DNA of 64,000 nucleotides, taken from the NCBI GenBank assembly GCA_040954595.2, contig CM082596.2:6956791-7020790 (forward strand), written 5' to 3'. The position numbers and the translations under genes were made by a program. Shown here piece by piece: positions 39,446 to 52,100 of the stretch (positions are counted from its first letter, which is position 1; every line of letters starts with the position of its first letter). Source of the DNA: Balanoglossus misakiensis (lineage: Eukaryota; Animalia; Hemichordata). The notes beneath the pieces were generated by a model. It was not told the DNA's origin, ran no database searches, and saw nothing but the letters and a program-made list of their open reading frames with translations.

Positions 39446-39769
39446 TGTGTATAGTCTTATTGTCTTTAATGCACTAGGCCACTTGGATGACCATTGTATG
39501 AACTTTACATCCTGGTATTCTGGTGATTACCATATTGAGCATTTTTTAAGTTCATTTTTTTGACACATTATTTTGTCTTCTAAACAGTGTAATTATAATG
39601 GACAACTGGCAGAAGTTTATAAAAATTCACAAAATCATTACTTGACGTAGTCTCTCTTCAAATTAAACATTTGAACTTTGACCTTTCTTTGTTTTGTTTA
39701 TCTAAATCTGCGCAAACTGTATGTTTGCTATAATCCTATTTGAGTCTGTAGTTTATGATGACAAAATTG

Positions 39770-40630
39770 TGTTCAAAAGCCTGAGATGCTAAAAGATGCC
39801 ATGCAAGTCGCTGTTGGCCAATAGTGAAAGATTTGTGTACATGTGCCACTTAACAGGCAAGGGTACACTATTGGAAACTGTTCAAAAGCCTGAGATGCTA
39901 AAAGTCGCCATGCTAGTCGCTGTTGGCCAATAGTGAAAGATTTGTGTACATGTGCCACTTAACAGGCAAGAGTACACTATTGGAAACTGTTCAAAAGCCT
40001 GAGATGCTAAAAGTCGCCATGCTAGTCGCTGTTGGCCAATAGTGAAAGATTTGTGTACATGTGCCACTTAACAGGCAAGGGTACACTATTGGAAACTGTT
40101 CAAAAGCCTGAGATGCTAAAAGTCGCCATGCTAGTCGCTGTTGGCCAATAGTGAAAGATTTGTGTACATGTGCCACTTAACAGGCAAGGGTACACTATTG
40201 GAAACTGTTCAAAAGCCTGAGATGCTAAAAGTCGCCATGCTAGTCGCTGTTGGCCAATAGTGAAAGATGTGTGTACATGTGCCACTTAACAGGCAAGGGT
40301 AGACTATTGGGAACTGTTCAAAAGCCTGAGATGCTAAAAGTCGCCATGCAAGTCGCTGTTGGCCAATAGTGAAAGATGTGTGTACATGTGCCACTTAACA
40401 GGCAAGGGTAGACTATTGGGAACTGTTCAAAAGCCTGAGATGCTAAAAGTCGCCATGCTAGTCGCTGTTGGCCAATAGTGAAAGATGTGTGTACATGTGC
40501 CACTTAACAGGCAAAAGTACACAATTGGAAACTGTTCAAAATCCTGAGATGCTAAAAGATGCTATGTAAGTTGCTGTTGGCCAATAGTGAAAGATTTGTG
40601 TACATGTGCCACTTAACAGGCAAGGGTACA
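39770..40630. repeat. 109-bp tandem repeat, ~8 copies
   Basis: TGTTCAAAAGCCTGAGATGCTAAAAG...GGTACACTATTGGAAAC with period 109, also visible in the ORF track spacing. Confidence 0.95.
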
Positions 40631-40639
40631 TATTTGGAA

Positions 40640-41141
40640 CTCTAACCTGAAGGCTCAAAATCAAATATCAGGTGTCAGTGTGCTTAATTTGAGTGCTCAA
40701 GAAACAAAAGCGACAAACACAACTCTGTCATATAATTTCACATGTGGAAAATGCACTACATCATTTGTGTCGGAAACACAGTATCCATGCTTACCTGGAA
40801 ATATATTATCATCTCTCAAATCATCTCTTCTGGCATCCTCTGTCCTCTTCTGTCTCTTCAAATTTCGAGCTCTGACCTGAAGGCTCAAAATCAAATAACA
40901 GGTGTCAGTGTGCTTAATTTGAGTGCTCAAGAAACAAAAGCGACAAACACAACTCTGTAATATGTTTTCACGTGAGGAAAATGCACATCATTTTTGTCAG
41001 AAACACAGTATCCACACATACCTGGAAATAAATCTCTGAAATCATCTCTGCTGGCAACCTCTGTTCTCGTCTTTGTCTTCTCCCTCTTAATATTTGGAGC
41101 TCTGACCTGAAGGCTCAAAATCAAATACCAGGTGTCAGTGT
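40640..41141. repeat. ~230-bp tandem repeat (2+ copies) carrying exon-like modules
   Basis: ACCTGAAGGCTCAAAATCAAAT..CAGGTGTCAGTGT at ~40646, 40875 and 41105. Confidence 0.85.
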
Positions 41142-43112
41142 CAAATTATCATAACTATGCATCAGGTGGTTTAGACTGATGTGTATGAGGATTAGAAACA
41201 ATCTTCATGGTGGCCTAATTTATGAAATAACAGATGGATTTGATCATGTAATTATACATTTGTAGGAACTCTGAAAACCATAGTTCAAAGCAATTGGACA
41301 ATCTTCTCTTAAAAAGAAAATTTGGGTTAAAATGATATGAAATTCATTGGCCAAAAGTGAACTGCTTTTTGTTATACTTTTTACACACAATAATGAGAAT
41401 ACTCCAGGACCTTAAAGACCAAATATTAAATTGAACCAGCCTTTTCCAAGAAAGGATTTGTTAATCAAATGATAATAGAAATCACGTCTGATTGGCTGCG
41501 CATGCGTGGAGGTGGTTCAGCAAGGGATAAGATGTCCGCTTTCTTGTGTTGGGGAGGGGGGGAAGGGGGCAGGTTTGTTGACGTCCAAACTCTCAAGCGT
41601 TCCAACTGCTGTATTGCGATTCAGCTAAGTTTGACCTTAGCCGTTTCGACAAAATTCTCGCAAATTATAGACTCTTACCAATATTGTCCTGAGATTCGAT
41701 TCCAGTCCTCTCCGTCCGCTGTTGCCCACTCGTACTCACAACAAGGCACGGTCGTCACTCCAGTCTCAGCAGTCGGAGAACGTTTTGTTATCGCCACAGG
41801 CGGCACCGTAGCGCTTGTCGCCAGCACAAGTACACACGCCGGGTTCAACATGTTCCAAATCTCCCGGAAATACGGTTTGGTCAACCAGCCAGCACACACG
41901 ATGCCGGAAAACGACGAAAAACATCCGTAATAAACATTACCTCCCTCGTGACACGCCCACCAGATCAGCTGGCTCGTCAGGTCATGGAAAGGTCAAACCC
42001 ATCAAATACATCCGCGTCTGACAGTGGTGTTTCAAGGAACTTGAGTTATCAGAATACAAATGTTTTCCGAATGTAAACACCGGAGAGAACTAAACTAAAT
42101 CAAAAGTAACCTAATTCATCAGTTATCAACAGTTCTGAACCAGAATACACGACGCTTTAGACGGAACTTTTTTTTCATCGCGCAGTGTTACATAATAATT
42201 CCTATATTCGGCTAGGGATAGACCGTCACAGTAGATGGTATGGGGAGGGGCAGAGAGCGGGTTTCCATCAGATTTCCGGAGACAAAAAATGTAATAATGA
42301 AACGCATGAGGTGTACAAATTCACATGCCAGTCAATTAACGTCATATACAAGGCATTTTCCTGATAAATACAATGGTTTACTTGCACAGAATGTAGTAAA
42401 AATGAATAAACCACTATCGTCGCCAAGAAACACAGATAATTATACGCAACTACAACCGCAGATTCTTAAGATAAACTTTATTTACAGTTTGCATGTTGTA
42501 TTTACATTTTCTGAAACTTAAAAACTATGATGGCTGCATATTAAAGTCAAATTGACCCGAAACTCACAGAATTCATCACATGGGCGAGATATGAGAGAGA
42601 GAGCGCCCGCAGTACTAGTAGTTCAACATTCAGTTAACTTCGCTGGTGTCGGGGCGTGTCTCTATTTGCGGTAGGCCGATGCATATGGTGCATGGAGTTT
42701 TATCGACTTTTACAAAAAAAACGTATCGAGAGAGAAAAATGTCATGTAAAAATCATAAACGATATATTCCTTTTAAATATCGCAAAAAATAATTATAAAA
42801 GCGAAACTGGGTAAAATTTAAATGGATTATGTCATATGATAATCCGCGGATGAGTCTAAATTCTTCTTCCATATGTGACGTTGTAAAAGTTGAATTGATC
42901 CGCGAATGTGCGACTCCATCCTCATTTGTGCAAGAAGTTCCAAGTCAAAAACCAGTCAAAGTAATTGCAAGAAATTCGGGCGTCGCAATTGCTACAACGG
43001 GGGGGGGGGGACGTGTCGGATTGTCTTCATGATATCAGGATCATTGCATCAATACTGGTTGAACACAACCAGCGTGCTACCCCCCCCCCCCCCCCCTTCA
43101 ACCACACGCGTT

Positions 43113-46100
43113 TCAATCGTCTTCGTCTGAGCTGGACGACTCCGGGGGTTTGCCGATGGCGAGCGGGTCTCTCGGGGGACGCCTTCTGCGGGATGACGGC
43201 GGCGACAAAATTGCGTTGAGCCGTCGACTTAGACCAGTCTCATCGGCAGGCTTGGTGACCATTACCTGTGAGGGGGGAGGAGGGGGGGGTTATGTTTCGA
43301 CATAATAATTATTTCCTACTCTAGTCTGATGCAATTTTTGCCATCTTCTACATCATATAAACCAGACTTGTCTCTATAATGCTGGATCAAATATCTTTAT
43401 GACACGTTTTTTTTCAAAAATCACTTAAATTATGTTAATTTATAAAACGATTTCAGACGCACCGGCGTTGAACTCACATATATACCAATGTTCCTTAAAT
43501 GATAGTGTCCTGGCTTAACTAAAGTTGCAAGCAGTGCGCAAATGGTGGTAATTATATTGGTACCTTTGGTACGACAAAATCACTTTTTCTCGCAGTTCTG
43601 GTCGCCCACGATGCAATACGGCTGAGCAGGGGGCTGCTTGGCGGGGTAGAGTTCGACGGCAGCCCCGAGTAGGACAGGCAACTGGACGCGAACACTAGTT
43701 CGGATATCGTCTTGTCTTCGTTTTTCCGCTTGCCGTTCGCCAGCAGGACACCCGACGATTTGGGCCTGCCCTTGGCACCCTTCTTGACGTAGAAGGACGC
43801 CGTCTTCTTGCACTTCTTGTGGGGCTTGTGGCCCAGGTCCGTGGCGTCGAAACTGCTGCGGGAGAGGTCGGGGTCGCTGCTCGACCGACTGGAGGCTATC
43901 CTGTACATGTCGTCGGTGCAGCGGCGGACCGATTCCAGTTGCTCGGTGAGGCGCATGATGAGGGACGAGCAGGCGTGGCGACCGCAGAACTCGGCCCACT
44001 CGGCCGCACAGAAACCCCGGCGGTAGTCTCGAAGGTGCGCAGACGCCCCTGCAGGTAGGTCAATTAATCTTACAGGTGAGTGCCTATTTTAAAATCTACT
44101 TAACACGTGACAGCAATCATTGACCCATAAACCACAGCAATTAAGACACGTCTCTCATACATACATACATACATACATACATACATACATACATACATAC
44201 ATACATACATACATACATACATACATACATACATACATACATAAATACATACATACCTACATACATACATACATACATACACACATACACACACACACAT
44301 ACAAATTGTAAGAAGCAGACATAGTCCCTATTAAACGACTTTGTAAGTTCCGTTTAACCCTCAACATCTTGTATTCACACGGCGTAAGTCAATATCAAAC
44401 TCCAGTGCAATGCAATTTACTGAAGGGTAACTGCCAGCTTATATTTGAGAGTTAATATATTTTTATTGTCCTGACCTGATAGAACCAGGAGCTTGGCGGA
44501 GCGATTGCGCCCCTGTATTGCTGCTTTGATGAGCGCCGTGAAGCCGCCGTTGTCACGTTTGTCTATCTCGACGTTTTTGTAATTGGCCAGGAGGTAGTTT
44601 ACGACGTCCCAGTGACCTGCAAGTATACAGTCGAGCATGCAGATAGTGTTCGTGTGAGATGTGAACGCCGTGAGAGGGATTAAAAGCACCCGGGGATATA
44701 TAGAAAGTGGACCCGGTCTCATGGGGGGTGTTCGCCCTGTAAGACGCGGCCTCAAGGAGCAGTGAAGAATACTTGCAGAGTATTTGTGCCTGTAAGTCCT
44801 TATTAGGAAGATGTTATCTTCGCGTCAATGCACTGACTACGACCCCAGATCGCCGCGTTTTGACCGAATCAATCCGTAAGCCCCCGGCACGCCGGGAGCT
44901 TGTGTGTCGGTACAGGCTTTGCTGCGTTTTCCCTCAATGCAAGAATAAGCTGGTTTTAACCCGTGACATCGAAATCTTCTCGTAAAGTATTACAAACCGC
45001 ACTCATGAACACGTGATCCTCCCCAAACGTGAGAAAACGAAGGAAATAAGTAAAAACTCTCTCTTCTCCCTCCCCCCTCCCCCACCCCCCTGTCTCTCTG
45101 TATCTATCTATCTAAAACCATGGAAAGGCAATCTCTGTTTATTGTCATCCCGATTCGATTTAATCTAACCCAATCGCCAATCCAATCAAAACCTCGTGAA
45201 AATGTCCGTTTATGGTTGAATGTGCGCAGCAAGGTTACTATACCCAGAAGTAATTAGCGAAGCTTGCCTGCCTGTGAAGCAAACATCAGCGGCGTCGTTC
45301 CCTCGTTGTCGGCGTGGTTGATATCGATCATATCTTGCATATTTTCGACGAGTTTGAGGACAGGTAGGAAGCCTTGGCTGCAGGCGTACGCCAGACCAGT
45401 CTGCAAAGAAATGGGAAAAAACGAAGAATGTGAATAAGCTGAAGGTAGATATCTTAGCACATGCAGGTAAAAATTCACAGACTTCTGCTATTTATGTGAA
45501 CACTGTCAATTTAAGTGGAACACGGTACAGAGATTTGATCTAATAAATTACTATTTTATCTTAAAGGGACATACCACTCTTTTTGTAACAATGATTTAGT
45601 TATTTTTCTTTTCTTTTAGACGTGTGTTTAATATACTGCCGCGTGTTCCAGTAAAGCGAGCAAACCTAGACACGCTGCCACGAATTGATCCACCATTTAT
45701 GTAGAGTTTAAAAAACAGGTGTCAGCCCTATACACCCAAGGACATGAAAATACACACAATTATATCTTTACAGTTTTGCAAAAACAGAGAAGTAAATATT
45801 GATTGTGTGTAAGCTTGTGTTTCTTATTGGGGGGGGGGGTGTTTTCAACAAACCGAGTGTACGTGTATCACCTGAAGTATTTTGGGTTCAACGTCTTGCT
45901 GTTTCAAAAGGACGATAAATTACGAAAACAGTCTCCGTATAATTCACGCATTGTTGCGACGAATGATGACAGGATTCTTAACACGCGACCCGCGCAATCG
46001 CAACGTTGATTACAAACGACCAGGGGAAATATCTATAGTCGTTCGTCAGGCGCGGATGAATGGCCGATAACTGTACCCCCGTGGGGACCTTTTCAGACAG

Positions 46101-49100
46101 CCTATTGACACACTAAAGAATGATTTATCTCGACGAGCGAATCCGACGACAGGCGAGAATCTACATCTCAGTTTGAATAGGACACATTCGCCGCAATAAT
46201 CCCCCGGGAATGGCCCGCAATTCTTTACCTTTCCATCGACACTCAGCTATATTAAAAGTTTATTATGTGCCGACGTCACCTTCCAGCTCTTTGTAATTAA
46301 AGGGTAGGTGTCGGTCTGTCTGCGGCTGCGGGGATGGGTCCCACACGACACAGTCGCTTGCAAGTCAAAGTAGGCCGGTGCAAGAAACTGCTTAAGTGTA
46401 CATCGTTGCAAACAGTGTTACTTTGTATTTATACTGTACACTATAGCAAAAAAACGCGTCGATATTTTTTATCATATTTTCAATGTACAGTGATATAGCA
46501 TGTATTGGTTGTCAGAGTCTGTCTGAACAGCTGGAACAATGCCGGTTTATTAACAGTAAAGTCCCACACGTGCAGCTCGGGCGACCATCCCCCTTTAAGG
46601 TAGATCGCAAGTTTGCACACATAAGCATTACCACAGCGTGTATAAAGTTTCACTTTCAGTCACGTCATCACTGTTTGGCCTTACCCTATCGTTTCTGCGC
46701 TTTTCAACCGTATTTAAAGCCACTGAGAGATAGAACAGCATGCGATGTACTTTCCATCGCTGTTAATTACCCACGGCATATCAACTTCTTGGAACAGGTT
46801 TCCTGGAATAATAATCTCTTCCCGCGATGATCGCCGTTGGCGCTCAATCAAAAAATGTACTGCACGAGATGGACATTGGGTTCAACCCGCCAGCGGGCAC
46901 TGACACTATCGTGATGAGTTAAGTCTGGGAGAGGCCGCGGGAAGACTACCTGGCGCGGTTGCCATAGTTACGTGACTGCTTAATTGCGCTAAAATATATA
47001 TAGCTTGTATTTTGGACGACAATTTGCTCGGCTTACCCCAGCGAACTCTCCATGAGCTGCCAGTACAACACGGCCGCGTGATTGGTGAATAAAATACTGC
47101 AAGTGGTATGTAATTGAAATCCTTGAATTAAGCCAGCCATGGAGTTGACCGACAGCGGCGCCAGTCTTTGATTCTGACATCGCGAGCCCTCTCACGATCG
47201 AAGACACAGCGACGGTTAATTGATGTTTACGAGTATCGACTTTGGCTCAGAAGCTGTAACGATGTTAAACTGCGACTGCAGATGAGTTCCGAGGGAGTCA
47301 AATCGAATTAGAAGTCAGACAGAGGTTCCGGAGATGCGGTTGTAGCACATACCCTCTTGGGGGACGGGGGTGTGTACGCTTCTCTTTCACGGTCATGCCG
47401 GCGTCGAGGTCATCCACCCGACACCAATAACCCATCGTCCGCTCGCACGGGTCGTCAGCTCGACCTTGGCGGGCGAAGATGCCAATAAGCTACCCCGCAA
47501 ACGGGAAAATATACGGTCACCTCTAACAAACGTTATGCCTGTGTCTATATAATGGTAGACCAGTGTGTTTTAGATATATAGAAATTCTACACAGAATTTC
47601 TATATATCTAAAACACACTGGTCTGGGCCCAGGCTAATATAATGGTCAAAATACGAAAGACCATTCGGTGGCGCTCGTTTTGCTGCGTGTGCCACCCACT
47701 GAAAATCTGTGATTCGCTATATTTCTACTTTCCATGGTTAAATCTGCATATGTGAACGTGCACCATTAATTTTTTTCCACTTTACAGGCTTTCGATCACA
47801 GAAGCCGCGGCTTGATTTTGATTATCGATTATTCTAGTCCCATACGAATCTGTCATTTCGCGTGATTTTCTCCTAGCAGGATGAATAGAAGCTGGAAATT
47901 CTTCTGAATGGATTTCACTCAGAAATATTAAGGATCTTATGTTCTCCGTGATTGGAATGATGATCGATGGCTGGGTTCCACAGAAGACCGTATGTCTGAT
48001 TAAATGAGCTTTGCATCATATGCTTTATCCGTGTATTCTCAGAAACGACGTTAACATTTCCTCGACGGATTTTGCTTATGCGACCATCAATAACTTTCCT
48101 GCTGGCGGATTCGTGATGAGAATTTAGCAGTGTACGCGTGACCAAGGGGAAGGGCATTCTTGGTCAGGTAAAGCGTAATAACAAGAAACATGGCCTGTGG
48201 AACATATGCATGGGCGGGTGGATCGAGAATTTCTGGGTCCCCCGCCATTTTGTATTGTAGTACACGTTCGGGTCTTGCGGCCATTCTACGCGTAACGATC
48301 TCGTGGGGTTGTCCTTCTAACTGGTTCTATCGCAATTCATCTAACACGTCTGAACAAAAAGGTGCATGAATGCTGGAACCCATGAGAACAGGCCTTCGGG
48401 TAGCGCTATACACATTGCCCCCCTCTGTGGGCATTACCATGTAAATGTTACACGGGTCTCTTTGATCCACAATCAGATAGCGCTTACCCTATTATCCGTA
48501 CACGAAAACCTTGCACGAACGAGACAGTCAGTGATTGCTGCTTCGTCGAAGGGAATTTCGCACCCCCCCCTCCGGATTTGGACGTGACATGACATAAAAG
48601 AAGGCTTCTCAATCGCCGACGGGCCATGATTTGCAGTGCATTCTCCTGCAGTGTATACACTATACAGCTAACATTTCCACACTGGAACAAGGTCTATAAT
48701 ACCAGTTTTATACACTCGAGGAACGATCGATATAGATGAGAAGTTTACTGGCGCCCCCCCCCCCCCCCTGATTATATCAGATGCCCAGAGCAGCAGTTTG
48801 AAACAATTCTCAATATTCAGTGAAAAACTATTTTTCTCTGATTCAAAATGTAGGCAAGCGTGACATTTTAAAAGTTACGCTATTGGATATAACTTAAATA
48901 GACCAACATGCCCCACGGGGAAGTTTAAATCGAGCAAAAAAAACATCTCCTGTTTTATTTATGGAAAGGTTTTTTCTACAAGATGCGTAATTTACCTCTC
49001 AAAGGCAGTTTTTCTGATATAAAAAGTAATTAACTTCTCCCGTTCGCGCTCGCATATATCAAAAGTCAAACTCAAATGACTTTGTCAGCCGATCCAAATG

Positions 49101-52100
49101 TCAGTGGTTTCATTTTCTAGTTAATGTCAGACTTGAGAAGATTTATTCGCGCCTTCGGTGGCTAATGGCTCTCTAACGCAGACAATTTGAGAATAATGTT
49201 GACAAAAGTGGGATGGATTATTCGAGTATTAGATCGGAGAAGTCCTGAGCCAACAATGGCTTGCGAGAGGAATTGCCCCAATATTGCAGAACCAGACGTC
49301 ACGTGTCGTTTTCTTCCCAGGGAGTAAATCACTTGTGGAAATGTTAATCGGTCCAGGCGTGGGGTTTAATTGCACTCAGGAAATATATGCAAAAAAAGCT
49401 GATGTACTACCTTGGTTATGCAAGATGGCGTTTACTGACGCCACAACCGACTGATGTGCCAGAGAATAGCAATTGCGAAAACGTGAAGGAGGGTGGGAGG
49501 GGGGGGGGGGGGGGTGGTGAAACAATTTTCCCAGTCGCGGTTGGGTTGCAGACTACCCGGTCAGCAAGATACGGGAATCAGTCACCTGTTGTTCATCAAG
49601 TACTTTGTTGGTTTGTGGCTTGACACTGCACACAGCCCGAGTTTGTTGTCATGGAAACACTGTCACGAGAATCAGATTTTCACTATAATGTTTTCAGCAA
49701 GGTAACCCCCAGTGTAACATGAATGATGGGCGTTAAGTACAGAAATGAAACTACTCGTTCGTTCGCCCGGAGGGTCAGGCGGGGACCACGGTTTGTTTAC
49801 TTCTGCAGCTTAGCCCCCCGATTGCTGTGTGCATCTGGGACTGTCTTAAATGAAAATTTAACGTCAGTCAGCGTGTGCTGCGCATATTTCGGTCTTCACA
49901 AAAAAGAGATACGCTCTCGGCATCCTTGGGCATTTCCTTTGAGCAGCCTGCAAGAGCAGTTTATCAAATTATCTCCTTGTCGATACTCATTTAATCATTT
50001 TGGTGGAATGAGAGACAGCCTGAACTGCACATGCGCGGTGAACATCTCGCAAACACAATGTGAGCGTCTATAATATAACCACGATCCTGGCACATTTTCA
50101 TTAGAACGATTATTTTGCCGGACTAGTTGATATTTTGAGGGGCTTTGAAGCTGAGATTGCGTGAGTCCCCTGCAGTGTGGGCTCGCACCTCAGTTCGGAA
50201 AGAACGAGAGACTTCAAAGAGAACAGATTAGTCTTGCTTGTACAGAATATTCACACACTCGTCGATAAGTATCTATCAAAAACTCGACGTGCTGTAACAG
50301 TTGAATCTATACGTCACTTTTGTCCAATAAATCTTTGAAATCGTTTAAAACCAACTTTAACGGTCTCTAGCGCTCGTTAGAAACGAAATCTGATAAAAGG
50401 AAACTTGAATGTTATATATTCTGAATTCGACATGTTCTTTAGTTAATCTGGTGGGGCTTAGGGAAGCGCTATGGAAAGTGGACTCCCTAGGGAGCTGACC
50501 CCGGGTAACTAATGCATGATTACAGCTAATTACAGGTTGAATAAGGACAGTATAGAAGTTCATATTGCGGTCGTTAGGTTCATTCGCTTGAACGCAACAC
50601 GACAACGATGACGTGTTTGTTCCGAGCCCTTGAATGATCGTGACTAACTGGCACATGTCAACGAATAGGATTTGAAAGTATCTTTAAAGCAACGGATCCG
50701 TGAAATATGGTTTTATGACCGAGATATAAAAATTGGTTTTATGACCGAGATATACTAACAGTATAGCCGTTATCGTATTTCAGGACTACGCTTTTCCCTA
50801 AAGGCTTTGCTGGTATTTAACGCGAAACGATAACTGGACAATTAATGTTAAAACATTTATATTTTATATTCAATGTGTATATACCCACATACAATCAAAT
50901 TAGCATAATTTTAAACGACTAAAATTTAACATAAATATCAAACCCTGCAGATTCAGCACTGCTGACGCACCATTGGCAGTAAACTCGTCACAGGCTCTTA
51001 ATACTAAATGTTTCCTTTAACATTGCCCTTTAGAAATAGAGTAAATATATAGAAATGCTTATTAATTTTTCATGTCGCCATCTAGTAATCATATTAGACT
51101 GTATAAAGTAGTATTGAAATAACCCTTGAATTAGCTAATCTCGCGAGAATTTCTCGGGGGGGGGGGGATAAAACGGTCGGGTTAACGGAAACCGCACAGT
51201 TTATTTTCTTGGCCTAATTCAAGAGTTAAATCTTTTCGAAAGGAACCCCGCATCGATCATGAAATGTCCATACCTTTTGGGTAGCGTGTACGTGCTAGGA
51301 ATGTTAATACACGATAATGCGTAAGCTTATAAGTAATGGTTCGGTGTTGTCGACGGACTATTAGGAAATGAACAATCGGGAGAATCGATTATTTCCAAAT
51401 ATAGTTCCACCTGTCGTGCAACGTTCCTTCGCTGCACACGCTACTTAGATCCCAGCGCCAATCTATCCAATATCTAGGTATTTTTGTTTAATTTCTTGCC
51501 CTTGTCAATCTTACCATTGCTTCCCGGGGCCCTTCCATTGTGTCAAAACAATACGCCGTTGAAATAATTCGCTGCGGGCGGTTACATTTAGCATATTAAC
51601 ACTTCGGGCTTTTCTTGCTCAAAATTAATAAGAAACACCATGCTTTGAAACACAGTCCGCAATTGTGTCAGCGTACACCATTCTGGTGATTTCGTTTCTG
51701 TGCAAATATACTTGGTATATGTTGATTGAAATAAGCCATTTAAAAATAGATGTTTATTACCAGGAGACAAACGAGAAATGCCTAAACTACAGTATAGATG
51801 CGATGACATCACTTAATCGTTCATTTATTAAATATAACACGCGAGCCGAGAGTAATTTGGAAACGCTCTAATGGAAATTCTGCATCGTTAAGTTTCCATT
51901 TATGTTTTAATGTACCTGTACATTGTAGGCGGGCGCGAAATAGGAGAATGATTAATGGGAAAATATGAAACAGTTGATTTTATTGTTATCTGTTTATAAA
52001 GCCGTGGGCTGTTTGTGACCACGCTGTTAGAGCTTCAAAAGGCTGCCATATTTTTTTTTACATTTTTTCATTATTTAACTTCAGACTCAGGATGGCTCAC

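Larger units (their letters stand above)
37155..41930 (-). other. Cryptic spliced transcription unit (lncRNA, decayed gene or TE-borne gene)
   Basis: Co-oriented AG..GT-bounded modules: ~41930-41679 (donor GTAAGA), 41106-41022, 40876-40795, 38806-38739 and 37222-37155. Further duplicated modules at lower coordinates. No recognisable protein family. Confidence 0.35.

Noticed and set aside
39773-40503. Six repeated 61-aa ORFs
   Set aside because: Translations of the 109-bp tandem repeat; the period is not a multiple of 3 and each frame contains stops.
46875-46900. B-box-like GGGTTCAACCC (tRNA or SINE)
   Set aside because: No A box or cloverleaf could be built.
50708-50754. 21-bp direct repeat TGGTTTTATGACCGAGATATA x2
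   Set aside because: Simple local duplication with no further structure.
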